A DNA stretch of 64,000 nt from Planctomycetota bacterium (GCA_965223265.1 OZ244999.1:7648001-7712000); one strand, 5' to 3'. Numbered from the stretch's first letter, positions 18,680 to 29,990 are shown. The notes: generated by a model from the letters alone, not told the origin. Program-made: numbers and translations.

Positions 18680-20971
18680 ATGGCCACGACTCGAGACGAC
18701 GGCGTCCACTCCAGATCATCGCTCTCGCACCGCGACCTGCTCGAAGGATTCCGCGGCGCCATCGAACCGGCACGCGCATCCCTTCTCTACCGCACGGCCC
18801 TCGTGTTCGTCGCGGTCGCCATGGTTTTTCTGCCGGTGATCTACTTGAGCGCGATCGCGGCGATCGGATGTGGCGTAGTTTTCCACGCGATCAACAACGT
18901 GCCGGTACCAGGAAGCGGGTGGAGTCTACAGATTCAATACTTGGTCTATCTAGCGCCACTGATCGTCGGTCCTACCTTGATCTTCTTCATGATCAAGCCG
19001 CTCTTTGCACGTCCCGCTGCCGCGCCGTTGCCGATCGCAGTCAGCCGAACCAGTCAACCGCTTCTCTTCACATTCGTCGAAAACGTATGCGACATGGTGG
19101 GCGCACCGCGTCCCGGAGCGATCTATGTCGACTGCCAAGTGAATGCCTCGGCGGGATTTCGACGGGATCCGCTCAACGTCCATCAACATGACTTGACCCT
19201 GACGATCGGGCTCCCTCTCGTGGCTGGGCTTGAGCTAAACCAATTGGGTGGCATCCTGGCCCACGAGTTTGGACACTTCTCGCAAAGCGCCGGCCTGAGG
19301 ATCTCGTTTCTCATCCGCCGCATCAACCACTGGTTCGCTCGCGTCGTTTACGAACGGGACGCGTGGGACGCGCGCCTCGAGCGCTGGTCCGCGCGCACCG
19401 GCCTCCATCTGATCTTGATTCTTTTGTGTGCTCGCACCGCTATTTGGCTGACGCGTCGGGTCCTTTGGTGCCTGATGGTCAGTGGCCATCTCATCAGCAA
19501 TTTCATGCTGCGCCAGATGGAGCACGATGCCGACCACTACGAGACCTTCTTCGGTGGCAGCCTCGTGTTCCGCAACACGATGCACCGTGCGCTGCTTCTG
19601 GAACTCGCCGCGACGCACGCGTACGGCGATCTGGAGGCGGCCTGGCAGGCGAAGGAGCTCAGTGACAACTTGCCCGAGCTCATCGTTCGTCGCTTGGAGA
19701 CCATTCCACGCGACGAGCGTCGAAAATTCCTCGAAGGGGCATTACAGCGACGCACGCGATGGATCGATTCGCATCCGTCCCCCAGTGAGCGCATAAAAAT
19801 CGCGCTGGACATGCGGACCACCGGAAAGTTTCGGTTAGAAGGTCAGGCAAGCGAACTCTTTCGTAACTTTGACGTCCTTTGTCGGCGCGTCTCAATCGCC
19901 GATTACGAGCGCGTCTTGGGCACAAAGATCGAACGAGGAAACTTAGTCCCATCAAAAAAACTCCTTGAAACACACGTCACCCTCGAAAAATTCAGGGAAG
20001 CTGAGACCCGCGTTTTGAAGGGCTACCGCAATCGCCTGCGGCCACCGTTCCCGCGACTGGACGAGCTCGATGCGCGCGTGGACGATTTGGACGCTGAGCT
20101 GCACGCGCTTGCAGAGGCAAGTTGCCGTTTCGACGAACTCCGCGAATTCCATAGCGACGACTTCCACGACCTCGAAGCTGCAATTGAGCGCCTCCTGCTC
20201 CTCTCACAAGCAGAAGCCTTCGTCGATGCAGGTATCCCGATTCATCGCAAGGTCTTCGGGCTTGAGTCGGGGTCAGCGGACGACGTCGCTCTCGAGGTGC
20301 AGCAAGTGCGAACACGTCTCGACGAACTGCGTGACGCGCTTTCGCCGCTCGACGAGCTCTTGATGACGCGTCTGACGTTGGCGATGCGCCTATTTCGATC
20401 GAAAACGTTTCGAGCACGGCTGGGCGGCGATCAGGCCTGGCGCAAGGCAGAGATTCCTTACACGGTTCAGCTTCTCGGCGCCTACGCCAGGACCCACGCC
20501 GAAGTCGTCGATTTGAAGGTCCGCCAACATCAATGCGAGTCCCTCCTCGCCTGCTTGGTCGACTTCGATGATGACCAGCGCCTGCGCGACACGATCGCGC
20601 GCCGCAGCGCCGAATGTGCCCAGACACTCGAGCGAGTGCGTCGTGAGTTCGAAGGAATCCCGTACCCCTTTGCCTTAGGCGCCTCCGGAACGGACGTTGC
20701 CGATTACCTCAACGCGGAGGACGTAGGCAGAAGCGTCGACGTCGGCGAAAACGTCCCCGCCAAAGTCACGACGTGCGTGGGCGTCTCGATCGCCCGTTAC
20801 TTCTCTCTCTTTTCGCACCTCATCGGTGCACTCTCAACACTGGTTGAGTCTGCGGCGCGGGCGCCGGGACACTCTCGCCGCGAGCCGCGGACCTCAACGC
20901 CGACCGAGACACCCGGCGACCAGTCGAACCAGTTGCTCGCCAGTGGTTCATCCGCACTGCAGTCCGACTGA
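18680..20971 (+). CDS. M48-family (HtpX-like) membrane zinc metallopeptidase with a long C-terminal extension
   Basis: Transmembrane segments, VNASA, LTIGLPL, ILAHEFGH (HExxH), RQMEHDAD and DSHPSPSERI. Confidence 0.9.
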   Translation: MATTRDDGVHSRSSLSHRDLLEGFRGAIEPARASLLYRTALVFVAVAMVFLPVIYLSAIAAIGCGVVFHAINNVPVPGSGWSLQIQYLVYLAPLIVGPTLIFFMIKPLFARPAAAPLPIAVSRTSQPLLFTFVENVCDMVGAPRPGAIYVDCQVNASAGFRRDPLNVHQHDLTLTIGLPLVAGLELNQLGGILAHEFGHFSQSAGLRISFLIRRINHWFARVVYERDAWDARLERWSARTGLHLILILLCARTAIWLTRRVLWCLMVSGHLISNFMLRQMEHDADHYETFFGGSLVFRNTMHRALLLELAATHAYGDLEAAWQAKELSDNLPELIVRRLETIPRDERRKFLEGALQRRTRWIDSHPSPSERIKIALDMRTTGKFRLEGQASELFRNFDVLCRRVSIADYERVLGTKIERGNLVPSKKLLETHVTLEKFREAETRVLKGYRNRLRPPFPRLDELDARVDDLDAELHALAEASCRFDELREFHSDDFHDLEAAIERLLLLSQAEAFVDAGIPIHRKVFGLESGSADDVALEVQQVRTRLDELRDALSPLDELLMTRLTLAMRLFRSKTFRARLGGDQAWRKAEIPYTVQLLGAYARTHAEVVDLKVRQHQCESLLACLVDFDDDQRLRDTIARRSAECAQTLERVRREFEGIPYPFALGASGTDVADYLNAEDVGRSVDVGENVPAKVTTCVGVSIARYFSLFSHLIGALSTLVESAARAPGHSRREPRTSTPTETPGDQSNQLLASGSSALQSD

Positions 20972-21299
20972 CTCCAGCGCCCGCCGGGCGAAACGAGGAG
21001 CTCAACGGCGTTCAGCACATCGCCGACGGACGAGCCGCGCCGGAGCCGGGTGGCGATCGGGCTACGGTCGTCCATGCGGCGTTGGGTCGCTTGCGGGTGA
21101 CTAGGCCCACGGCCAACAGCTGCCTGCCCGGAGCGTCCCCTGCCGTCATCTACGCCCAGCTGTGACCTGACGACCAAACTTCCGCGGAATCCAGGCCGGT
21201 CGATCACTCCTCGCCGCCGGGACCGAAGCGGCGAAAAGTCTCTGTCCAGCCCATCCGGCTGGCGATACCATCGGTGTGGAAGCACGTCCGGAGTACGAG

Positions 21300-24224
21300 A
21301 TGGATCCACAACGACCTAGCCGAGGAAGCGCCCACTGCAGCCTCGCACTCAGCTTGACCCTCATCCTCGCGGCTGTGGGCACGCCGGCGGTCGCAAAGCC
21401 GGTCGACTATCGAGCCGACGTGCGGCCCGTGTTGAAGGCGCGCTGCTTTGCGTGCCACGGCGCGCTCAAGCAGGAGGCTGGACTGCGACTCGATGCGGTC
21501 GCCCTCGCACTCAAGGGAGGTGATACCGGTGCAGCGATCACGCCAGGCGCAGCGGCGAGCAGTCTCCTCGTCGAGCGGGTGCGTGATCCTGATCCGCAAA
21601 CCCGCATGCCGCCGGAAGGGCGCCCACTGGAGGCCGCGGAAATCGACGTGATCGTGCGCTGGATCAACGCCGGTGCGCCGGCGCCCAACGACGACGCACC
21701 AGAGCCCGACCCGCGCCGGCACTGGGCGTTTCAGCCGCCGCATGCGAGCGATCTCGACACGCCGCGTAACCCGATCGATGTGTTCATCGAGCGACACCAC
21801 GTCGCCAAGGGACTCCAGCCGCTCGGCGCGGCGCCACCACATACTCTTCTGCGTCGCATCTACTTCGACTTGATCGGCCTGCCTCCGAGCCGCGATGAAC
21901 TGAAGGCGTTCGTTGCCGACCCATCGCCGCAGGCATTCGACGGCGTGGTCGATCGACTGCTCGCGAGCCCACGCTACGGCGAGCGCTGGGGGCGGCATTG
22001 GATGGACGTGTGGCGCTACAGCGACTGGTACGGCAGGCGCGCTGTACCGGACGTCATGAATAGCTATCCGCAAATTTGGCGTTGGCGCGACTGGATCGTT
22101 CGCTCCCTCAACCACGACAAGGGCTACGACCGCATGGTCACCGAAATGCTCGCCGCCGACGAAGTCGCGCCCAACGACGATAACAACATCGTCGCCACCG
22201 GCTTCATCGTCCGCAACTGGTACAAATGGAATTACAACCAGTGGATGAAGGACGCGGTGGAACACACTGGCAAGGCATTCCTCGGAATTACGCTCAACTG
22301 CGCTCACTGTCACGACCACAAGTACGACCCCATCACGCAGGAGGAGTATTTCCGTTTCCGCGCCTTGTTCGAACCTCTGGAGCTGCGTCACCACCGTCTA
22401 GAGGGGGTCCCGTACCCGGGACCGTTTCAAAAGTACGTCTACGGGCGACCCTACGGCCCGATCAAGACCGGGGCGATTCGCGTCTTCGACGAGAAGCTCG
22501 ACGCCAAGACCTACATGTACTCCGGCGGTGACTCGCGCAATCGTATCGAGGGTCGACCGCCGGTTGCCCCTGGAGTCCCTGAAGCGCTCGGTGGTGTCTT
22601 TGAAGTAAATCCTGTGCAGCTGCCGGTGACCGCATGGTATCCCGCCCTCAAAGACTTCGTGCAAGCTGACGAAATCGCCGCACAGCGAGCGAAAATTGAG
22701 GCCGCCGAAACGCAAGCGAAGAAGGTTGCGGAAGGCGTGCGACAGGAGCTTCTGTCGGTAGAGCCTGCCCTGGCTTCCCTGCGAGAGTCGATCGCGGCGA
22801 CGTGGAAAGAGAAGGGTCGCGGCGACGACGACGATCTCTTGCAGCTCGAACGTGAGCTAAAAAGAACCGTGCTCAAACGCGACACGCTCAAACTTCGCGA
22901 GCAGCAGGCGGCCGCACGCCTCGCTGCGACTGAAGCCGAACTCACCAGTCTCATGGCGCGCATCGAAGCCGACCGCGCGAGACACTCCGAAAAGCGCCGT
23001 GATGACACGCTGGTGCGGCGCGCCGGCCGCCTGGATCGCGCGGCAGTCGTGGCCTCCAAGCGAGTCGAAGTTGTTGCGGCGGAACTCAAACTGAGCGAGC
23101 TAGAAAGTGAGGTAGCCGAGTCGGGCAGTGCGAACGAAGGCGCAGTCGCTAAGGCCCGTGAGAACGTCGACAAGCTGCGCGGGCAGCTCGCTGACCAAGA
23201 AGCAACGCTAGACAGCGAGTCGACAGAGTATCGACCGATCGGTGCGGTCTTCCCGAAGTCGAGCACAGGAAGGCGCACGGCGCTGGCACGATGGATCACG
23301 AATCGTCGCAACCCGCTCGCGGCGCGCGTGGCCGTGAATCACATCTGGGGCCGCCACTTCGGCCGACCGCTCGTCGAATCGACGACCGACTTCGGGCACA
23401 ACGGCAAGAAGCCAACGCATCCAGAACTTCTCGATTGGTTGGCCGTCGAGTTGATGGAGAACAATTGGTCGATGAAGCACCTCCATCGGCTGATGGTCAC
23501 CAGTCAAACCTATCGGCGTCACTCGAGCGGAGGCCGCGCTGGCGTCGCGCAGCGCAACCTCGAAGCCGACCCCGACAACCTCTTCCTCTGGCGCATGAAT
23601 GCGCGGCGCGTCGAAGCGGAAGTAGTGCGCGACAGCCTGCTGCACGTCTCACACGCACTCGACACGACCATCGGCGGCCACGAGATCCCGCACGACCAAG
23701 GACTCGCGAGCATGCGCCGCAGTCTCTACTTCACCATGCACGCTGAAAGCAAGATGCAGTTCCTCGAACTCTTCGACGCTCCCGATGTCTGCGACTCGTA
23801 CAAACGCACGACGTCGGTGGTCCCGCAGCAAGCTCTGGCATTTTCCAACAGCGAGCTCGCTTTGTCACAGAGTCGCACCCTCGCACGCTCGTTGTGGGAC
23901 GCGACAGCAGCGGAGTCGATCAGTGGAAATCGCGAGCTACACTTCATCACTGCAGCGTTTGAGCAAGTCTTGAGCCGACAACCAAACTCACACGAAAAGC
24001 GCCTCACCAGTGAGTTCCTAGCACAGCAGTCAGAGTTGTTTCGCGCCCGATCTGCAGCGACCCGCAGCGAGGCGGTCCCGGAGCTCGGAGGTGTCGACGG
24101 CGCTGGGGCGAGCGGAGAGACCGAAGCCAAAGTGGCGCCTCCCGCCCCTAACCCGCTGGCGCGAGCGCGCGAGAGCTTCATTCACGCACTCCTCAGCCAC
24201 ACCGACTTCGTCACCAGCCGCTAA
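21300..24224 (+). CDS. Planctomycete cytochrome c + DUF1549 + DUF1553 protein
   Basis: CFACH heme motif, YGERWGRHWMDVWRYSD, CAHCHDHKYDP, a coiled-coil insert, NPLAARVAVNHIW and VVPQQALA. Confidence 0.93.
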   Translation: MDPQRPSRGSAHCSLALSLTLILAAVGTPAVAKPVDYRADVRPVLKARCFACHGALKQEAGLRLDAVALALKGGDTGAAITPGAAASSLLVERVRDPDPQTRMPPEGRPLEAAEIDVIVRWINAGAPAPNDDAPEPDPRRHWAFQPPHASDLDTPRNPIDVFIERHHVAKGLQPLGAAPPHTLLRRIYFDLIGLPPSRDELKAFVADPSPQAFDGVVDRLLASPRYGERWGRHWMDVWRYSDWYGRRAVPDVMNSYPQIWRWRDWIVRSLNHDKGYDRMVTEMLAADEVAPNDDNNIVATGFIVRNWYKWNYNQWMKDAVEHTGKAFLGITLNCAHCHDHKYDPITQEEYFRFRALFEPLELRHHRLEGVPYPGPFQKYVYGRPYGPIKTGAIRVFDEKLDAKTYMYSGGDSRNRIEGRPPVAPGVPEALGGVFEVNPVQLPVTAWYPALKDFVQADEIAAQRAKIEAAETQAKKVAEGVRQELLSVEPALASLRESIAATWKEKGRGDDDDLLQLERELKRTVLKRDTLKLREQQAAARLAATEAELTSLMARIEADRARHSEKRRDDTLVRRAGRLDRAAVVASKRVEVVAAELKLSELESEVAESGSANEGAVAKARENVDKLRGQLADQEATLDSESTEYRPIGAVFPKSSTGRRTALARWITNRRNPLAARVAVNHIWGRHFGRPLVESTTDFGHNGKKPTHPELLDWLAVELMENNWSMKHLHRLMVTSQTYRRHSSGGRAGVAQRNLEADPDNLFLWRMNARRVEAEVVRDSLLHVSHALDTTIGGHEIPHDQGLASMRRSLYFTMHAESKMQFLELFDAPDVCDSYKRTTSVVPQQALAFSNSELALSQSRTLARSLWDATAAESISGNRELHFITAAFEQVLSRQPNSHEKRLTSEFLAQQSELFRARSAATRSEAVPELGGVDGAGASGETEAKVAPPAPNPLARARESFIHALLSHTDFVTSR

Positions 24225-24348
24225 ACTGGCGGCCGTAAGCGAGAGGAAAGCCACTGACGGGCTTTTCGCACCGCGCCGCAGCGATTAGGATAGAGGCCGC
24301 GGTGAGTCCGAGTTTCGAGAGGAATTCAAGCCTTCGTCCTGAGGTCAG

Positions 24349-25851
24349 ATGCAGCGTCGAGCACAAACGATGAAAACCCGCGGTGGTCCACCATGCGGCC
24401 GCGTCAAGCGGCGGACCTTCATCGGCGACGTCGGCATGGGTTTTACCGGCCTGGCGCTCAGCGCCATGCTGCGGCGCGACGGGCTGCAAGCCCGGGCCGA
24501 GAGCGACGATCATCTCTCCGGCGAGGCACACTTCAAGGCGCGCGCGAAGAACGTCATCTGGATCTTTCTCTCCGGCGGTGTGAGCCAACTCGAGACTTTC
24601 GACCCAAAGCCGGCACTCAACAAGTTCGCGGGCAAGGCCTATGACGAGACGACGCTGCCGAATCCGCAGAAGTCGCCGCTGTACCTCGAGCGTTCGCGCT
24701 CCGTCGTCGGCTTCGATCGCGAAGTACACTCGACAATCTTTCCGCTGCAGGTCGGATACCGCCACTACGGCGACGTCGGGATCGGCGTCAGCGACTGGCT
24801 TCCACATCTCGCCACCTGCGTCGATGACATCTCCTTCGTGCGGTCGATCTACACCACCGACAACGATCACAACGCCGAATTCCAGATGCATCACGGGCGA
24901 CATTCGCTCGACGAGAAACAGCCAGTCATTGGCTCCTGGGTGCACTACGGACTTGGAACACTCAACGAAAACCTACCGCAGTTCGTATTCCTCGGTGAGT
25001 ACAGGGACACCCGCGTCAAACAGAACTTCTCCGCCGACTACTTAGGTCCGCAGCACGCCGGCGTCGAATTGTCGCTGCATGCAGGCGAGCCGTTACCGTT
25101 CGGCCGCCGCGACGGGTCGGTGCTGCCCGGTGAGCAGCGCAACCAGTTCCGATACATCGGCGATCTCAATCGACTCGCCGCAATCGAGTACCCCGACGAC
25201 GCCGACCTGCAGGCACGGATTAAGAGCTACGAGCTTGCGTATCGCATGCAATCTTCGGTGCCGGACGCGCTCGACCTCAAACGCGAGTCGCCGCGGACCG
25301 AGTCGCTCTACGGCATCGATGACGAGCGTACTGCGATCTACGGCAGGCGCCTACTCGCTGCGCGCCGTTTGGCAGAGCGCGGCGTTCGATTCACCCTGGT
25401 CTACTTGAGCGACTACGGCGAGTGGGACTCACACTCCAACCTGAAGAAACTGCACGCACGCTCCTGCGGGCGCATCGACAAGCCCGTCGCTGGGCTCCTC
25501 GAAGACCTCAAGCAGCGTGGCCTGTGGGACGACACGCTCGTCGTCTTTTGTACCGAATTCGGCCGCACACCCGCTGTCGAGTACGGCATGTTCAACAAGG
25601 CGGCGACAGGACGTGACCACCATCCGCACGGTTTCACGATATGGCTCGCCGGCGCCGGTGTGAAACAGGGCTATATCCACGGCGCGACAGACGAGCTCGG
25701 CTTTCATGCCGTCGAGGACCCGCACTACGTTACCGATGTCCACGCCACAGTGCTCCATCTCCTTGGGCTGGACTCGCGCCGACTCGACGTCCCGGGACGG
25801 AAACGCCTCGAGATCGACTACGGCACGCCGATCTACGATATCATGGCGTAA
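24349..25851 (+). CDS. DUF1501 domain protein
   Basis: KRRTFI Tat-like motif, AKNVIWIFLSGGVSQLETFDPKP, TEFGRTP and GRDHHPHGF. The start may be 24370. Confidence 0.93.
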   Translation: MQRRAQTMKTRGGPPCGRVKRRTFIGDVGMGFTGLALSAMLRRDGLQARAESDDHLSGEAHFKARAKNVIWIFLSGGVSQLETFDPKPALNKFAGKAYDETTLPNPQKSPLYLERSRSVVGFDREVHSTIFPLQVGYRHYGDVGIGVSDWLPHLATCVDDISFVRSIYTTDNDHNAEFQMHHGRHSLDEKQPVIGSWVHYGLGTLNENLPQFVFLGEYRDTRVKQNFSADYLGPQHAGVELSLHAGEPLPFGRRDGSVLPGEQRNQFRYIGDLNRLAAIEYPDDADLQARIKSYELAYRMQSSVPDALDLKRESPRTESLYGIDDERTAIYGRRLLAARRLAERGVRFTLVYLSDYGEWDSHSNLKKLHARSCGRIDKPVAGLLEDLKQRGLWDDTLVVFCTEFGRTPAVEYGMFNKAATGRDHHPHGFTIWLAGAGVKQGYIHGATDELGFHAVEDPHYVTDVHATVLHLLGLDSRRLDVPGRKRLEIDYGTPIYDIMA

Positions 25852-25970
25852 CAGCCCCCAACTCTCGCGAGAACGGCGGGCACAATCGGAGCTGCGCCGA
25901 CTCGCTGGCGCTGAAGTGAGAACGAGGCGAGAGCTTGCTCTCTGCTCTCAGTTTGCCGGACGCACCGACG

Positions 25971-28900
25971 TCAAAACCTCCGCACCCAGCAGTTCGATTC
26001 GCCGCAGCGATCAGGCGGCGCTGGCAGACACTCGCCCGGGCCAGGAGATGGGATCGTGAGGTCCGGGCGTGTGAAGAGATACTGCAGAAGGTGGATGGCA
26101 TCGCCCATCGCGACTTCGTCGTCGGCGTTGACGTCCGCGGCGAGTTCGCAGCTGACGCGATCGGCTTCGCCGCGGTAAAGAAAGAGTAGGATCGTGATGG
26201 GGTCCGAGACGCTCAGGATGAGATCGCCGTTGGCGTCGCCGCGCCGAAATACGATCGGCTCGACGATCGGCGCCGTCATGGCGCCGGGAGAGCCGCCGAG
26301 ACTTGTGGACGCCTGCCAGTGGTGCGGGACGTCGTTGTCACGGGTCGCATGGATATCCGTGAGCTCCAGCGAGTGGCCAAAACCATCGGCGAGGTGGGGC
26401 CAAGCGTCGCGGTCGCCGTAGCGCAGAAAGTCGATCGTTGCCGGATACCCGGGGCCGCCATCCTTGAGGCGTAGGATCTCGCCGTCGTTGTCGAGTCCAC
26501 CGCTGTACGGCCCGAGCACACGCTGCACGCCGGAGTACGCGGCACGAAACGCGTCCGGGTCCTTCGCGAGGACGAAGATCTCACCGCCGGACACTCGAGT
26601 TCCGTCGGGAAACGTATAGCCCAGGCCTTCGACGTGCCAACCCGATATGTCGATCTCTCGGTCGTCGGGATTCCACATCTCCAGAAACTCCGTCACGTCG
26701 TCCGAGCCAGGAGGGTTGAACATCACCTCCGTAATCTTCAAGCGGTCGTGTCCGGCCACTGGTAGCCATTCGTTCACCCGGTCGATCAAAAAAGGGCGCC
26801 GCCCAGCCGTGTGTTCAAGTACCCGATCGATGTTGGGAAGAAACTCGGCCGGTGCTGAAAGATCGCCGGCTGGAGCAGAACGTCCCCACTCATCGATATC
26901 TCTTTCCTGCTCCAGTACGAGAAGGTCGATGAAGCATGACGTTTTGTCGTCGAACACCTCCTGGCGGTATTTCTCCTGGAGAACGTCCCACAGACGAACC
27001 GCGAGCGCGCGGCGGTAAAAGTCACCTGCCTCGCCAAAGAATTTGTCGAGAAGCTGATTGCCTGTTCCGGGGCCACCGCCGTTCAGGAACCATGGGTTAA
27101 GTCCTGGAGTACTCATGCCGTCGTGCAGCACGCCGCCAAACTCGGCGCTCCAGTTCTTGCCGAAGCTCAGATCGATGTCCCAAACGAGCGGCATCCAGCG
27201 GTCCGTGTCGGGATCGTGGTAGAGGTAATGGTTTTTGTGAGGAAAGTCGCCGTTGTTGATGAACGCCTGTCCGACGACGTAGTCGATCATGCGATCCTCG
27301 TCGACCCGAGCTTGAAAGAAGGCCAGCAGGTCCTCACTCGCGGTGAGATGCATCGAATCGATGAACTCCGCCAGGTCGGAAAAATCCCCGTTCTCGTTGG
27401 TCTTCTTTTCGTACGGACCACTGTAGCTGGCATGTCGCTGCTCGACGGAAGCGACGGCCTTGTAGAGATTACCCGTCGGGTTGAGTCGGTTTCGGTCAAG
27501 GAAGCGACTGTCGGGATGCTCCAGGTCCGCGTACAGCCCAACGTAGGCACCGTTGGCGTGGAGACGCACGTGCTTCTCCTTGCAGGCGGGAAAACCGAGT
27601 TCTTGAAACGTCTCCCACGCCATGTTCTCGCGCACGAGCGACTTGTCGGTCCAAAGGCTCTGCAGGTTGATCTTGTGTTGCTTCTGAAAATCGCGGCCCC
27701 GGCGGAACCGCACTTTGAGGTACGGCTTGCGGCTGTTGCAGACAGACTGGCCGCGCTGGCGCAATTCGACGTTGTAATAGAGATCACCCCGGTAGGCGAA
27801 CGCAACAGGTCTGTAGGTCTCACACGAGAGGCCGGAAATCGCCGAACGCGGCGTGACGCGGGGGCCACGGCGCAGAAGGGTGTAGATCTCGAGACCTCCC
27901 GGACCTAACTGCACATCATTGACGTAGTACCCGTGACGCAAGCTCGGATCCGACTCGAGCGGGGAGATGCGGCTGCGCCCATCAACGTCGACCGCAACGA
28001 TCCGGAACGCAACCGCCGAGTCGTGGGGCTGCGGTGGCAGTTCGACGCCGAAGATGCCATCGCCTGCCGCTCCGTCGCCGTGCGCGCCGTCGTCACGCAT
28101 GGGCAAGGTCGTGTGCTCCTCGGCGTCATTGACGTTGAAGATGATATCGAGAACCTCAAGTGGAGACGCAGACGTGACGCGAGCGGTGACCCAGACGACA
28201 TCGGTCGAGCGCGGCTGGCGCGGAAACCGCTCGATCTCGTTCACCAAGGGTGGCAACCCATCGAGCGCGACGGAGTTCGGGCCTCCCGCCGTCATAAGGA
28301 CTCCCTCACCGAGCTCGAAGAATATACCGCTACTGGCGATGGCACTCGGTTGGCGTGCAACAAGTCGCTTGTCGCCACCAACGTACCTGTAATCGAACTG
28401 CAGCACGTAAAGCGGTCCACGCGTTTCCAATTCGACGGTCGATCGCGTCCGAACTGTATTGCTCGAGCCGTTGCCGGTGTCCGTCGCGATCACGCGCAGA
28501 GCACCGCCGCCGTCGGCGCCTGCCGTAGAGTCCCAAAACGTCTCGGCGTGATTGCCGCCGAACTCCCAGCCGTCGCTACCCACAGCAAAGTCGCTGTTGG
28601 CGAGCAGGTTGGTCTCCGGGTCACGGGAATCGACAAGCCGGACGTTGTCGATCAGAAACTCCCCCTCACCCCGGATGTAAAAAACGACGTTCGTTCTGGC
28701 GCGCGCAATTCCGACCGCCTGGGCGCTGCGCCAAACCGAAAGATCGCCGATTCCGGCGTCGAGCCACGCCGCGGGAGAGTCAGAAACCGCGTTGAGATCG
28801 ATCTTCTCAAGGCTCCGGCCAATGCCGTCGGCAGCTACCGGCCAGTCACCTTCATCGCGGTAGGCGATGGTATCGACGATCGCGCCATCCGGACGCACCA

Positions 28901-29744
28901 GTGTGAGCCGTTCACCGTCGTTCGAAAGCGTCCCGGCGAAATTGCCAACGCTGTTCTCGACTCCGAAGCGCAGGCGCATGTGGTCCACGTCCCGGCACAC
29001 GACAACCCGGCCACCCGGCTCGAGAATCAGGTCCTCGGTGAACTCGAATTCGATGCCGTCGGAGAAAGAGTAGCCGCGCAAATTGACCGCCGCCGCCGTG
29101 ACGTTCGTGAGCTCGACGAACTCGTCGGTGAGATCCCGGTCGAGAAACGGGTGGTAGTTAATCTCGCTGAAGGAAACCGTTGGCGGTGCGATCGGTGGTG
29201 GACACTCGCTGAGTGCGGATGGCACCAGCGGTGCCGGCGGCGCGGCGCTCCAATTGAGCGGATTGTCGGCGGCAAACGTCAAACAAACACGCTGTAGCGA
29301 CGCCCCGGATCCGTCAGCCGACGGGTCCCACGGCACATCGTCATCGTAAGCGAGCCGCTCGAGCGGGTTACTGGCGGCGTCCTCCAGCAGGAGCGTCTCC
29401 CCGCCGTTTGATAGCGACCCCGCGTAGTTACCTAAGAGGAAGGCTGAATCGAGCGAAAACAGGGCCGCCACAGCGTTCACGTCCTGACAGACGAGAAGGC
29501 GCCCTCCCGCGGGCAGGAGGATCGACGGAAACTCGAAGCGGATGCCGCGTACAAAGCGCCATCCGGTGAGGTCGACTGCTCGGACGCCAGTGTTCGTGAG
29601 CTCCAAGTACTCGGCGCCGGCAGCCGACGGGTTGTAGTGAATCTCGCTGATCACCACGTCCCCCAACGCCGGACTTGAGAGGCGAGCCAAAACGCACAAG
29701 AGGAGGACGGAAAGAGGCGAAGAATAGCGGCAGCTTGGTCTCAT
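25971..29744 (-). CDS. Secreted lamin-tail-domain + CotH kinase protein with a C-terminal dockerin-like module
   Basis: Three lamin-tail domains (VVISEIHYNP, FSEINYHP, ITEVMFNP), a DDGAHGDGAAGDGIF motif, CotH motifs RGQS, DKSLVRE, YVGLY, NGDFPHKNHYLY and WDIDLSFG, and an FRRGDANGD tail. Start at ATG 29744 gives a signal peptide. Confidence 0.9.
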   Translation of the reverse strand: MRPSCRYSSPLSVLLLCVLARLSSPALGDVVISEIHYNPSAAGAEYLELTNTGVRAVDLTGWRFVRGIRFEFPSILLPAGGRLLVCQDVNAVAALFSLDSAFLLGNYAGSLSNGGETLLLEDAASNPLERLAYDDDVPWDPSADGSGASLQRVCLTFAADNPLNWSAAPPAPLVPSALSECPPPIAPPTVSFSEINYHPFLDRDLTDEFVELTNVTAAAVNLRGYSFSDGIEFEFTEDLILEPGGRVVVCRDVDHMRLRFGVENSVGNFAGTLSNDGERLTLVRPDGAIVDTIAYRDEGDWPVAADGIGRSLEKIDLNAVSDSPAAWLDAGIGDLSVWRSAQAVGIARARTNVVFYIRGEGEFLIDNVRLVDSRDPETNLLANSDFAVGSDGWEFGGNHAETFWDSTAGADGGGALRVIATDTGNGSSNTVRTRSTVELETRGPLYVLQFDYRYVGGDKRLVARQPSAIASSGIFFELGEGVLMTAGGPNSVALDGLPPLVNEIERFPRQPRSTDVVWVTARVTSASPLEVLDIIFNVNDAEEHTTLPMRDDGAHGDGAAGDGIFGVELPPQPHDSAVAFRIVAVDVDGRSRISPLESDPSLRHGYYVNDVQLGPGGLEIYTLLRRGPRVTPRSAISGLSCETYRPVAFAYRGDLYYNVELRQRGQSVCNSRKPYLKVRFRRGRDFQKQHKINLQSLWTDKSLVRENMAWETFQELGFPACKEKHVRLHANGAYVGLYADLEHPDSRFLDRNRLNPTGNLYKAVASVEQRHASYSGPYEKKTNENGDFSDLAEFIDSMHLTASEDLLAFFQARVDEDRMIDYVVGQAFINNGDFPHKNHYLYHDPDTDRWMPLVWDIDLSFGKNWSAEFGGVLHDGMSTPGLNPWFLNGGGPGTGNQLLDKFFGEAGDFYRRALAVRLWDVLQEKYRQEVFDDKTSCFIDLLVLEQERDIDEWGRSAPAGDLSAPAEFLPNIDRVLEHTAGRRPFLIDRVNEWLPVAGHDRLKITEVMFNPPGSDDVTEFLEMWNPDDREIDISGWHVEGLGYTFPDGTRVSGGEIFVLAKDPDAFRAAYSGVQRVLGPYSGGLDNDGEILRLKDGGPGYPATIDFLRYGDRDAWPHLADGFGHSLELTDIHATRDNDVPHHWQASTSLGGSPGAMTAPIVEPIVFRRGDANGDLILSVSDPITILLFLYRGEADRVSCELAADVNADDEVAMGDAIHLLQYLFTRPDLTIPSPGPGECLPAPPDRCGESNCWVRRF

Positions 29745-29990
29745 GTGCAGTTCCCTTTGCCAGTTGGGCAGCTTCGCGGGCGCGAAAGCATCCCGCCACA
29801 CTACCGACCGTCCCCCTCGCGAGCGTGATCCAAATTCTAAGAGACGCAAAGTTGTTGCACAACCAAACGTACGAACCATCGTCACCCCCGACTCCTGGGC
29901 TCCCCCTGGCGAAGGCAGCGGCCACGGCAGTAAGATGGGTGTTCCAGTCACGTTCGTCAATTCGGCCGAACAAATCCCCAAAGGTTACGA

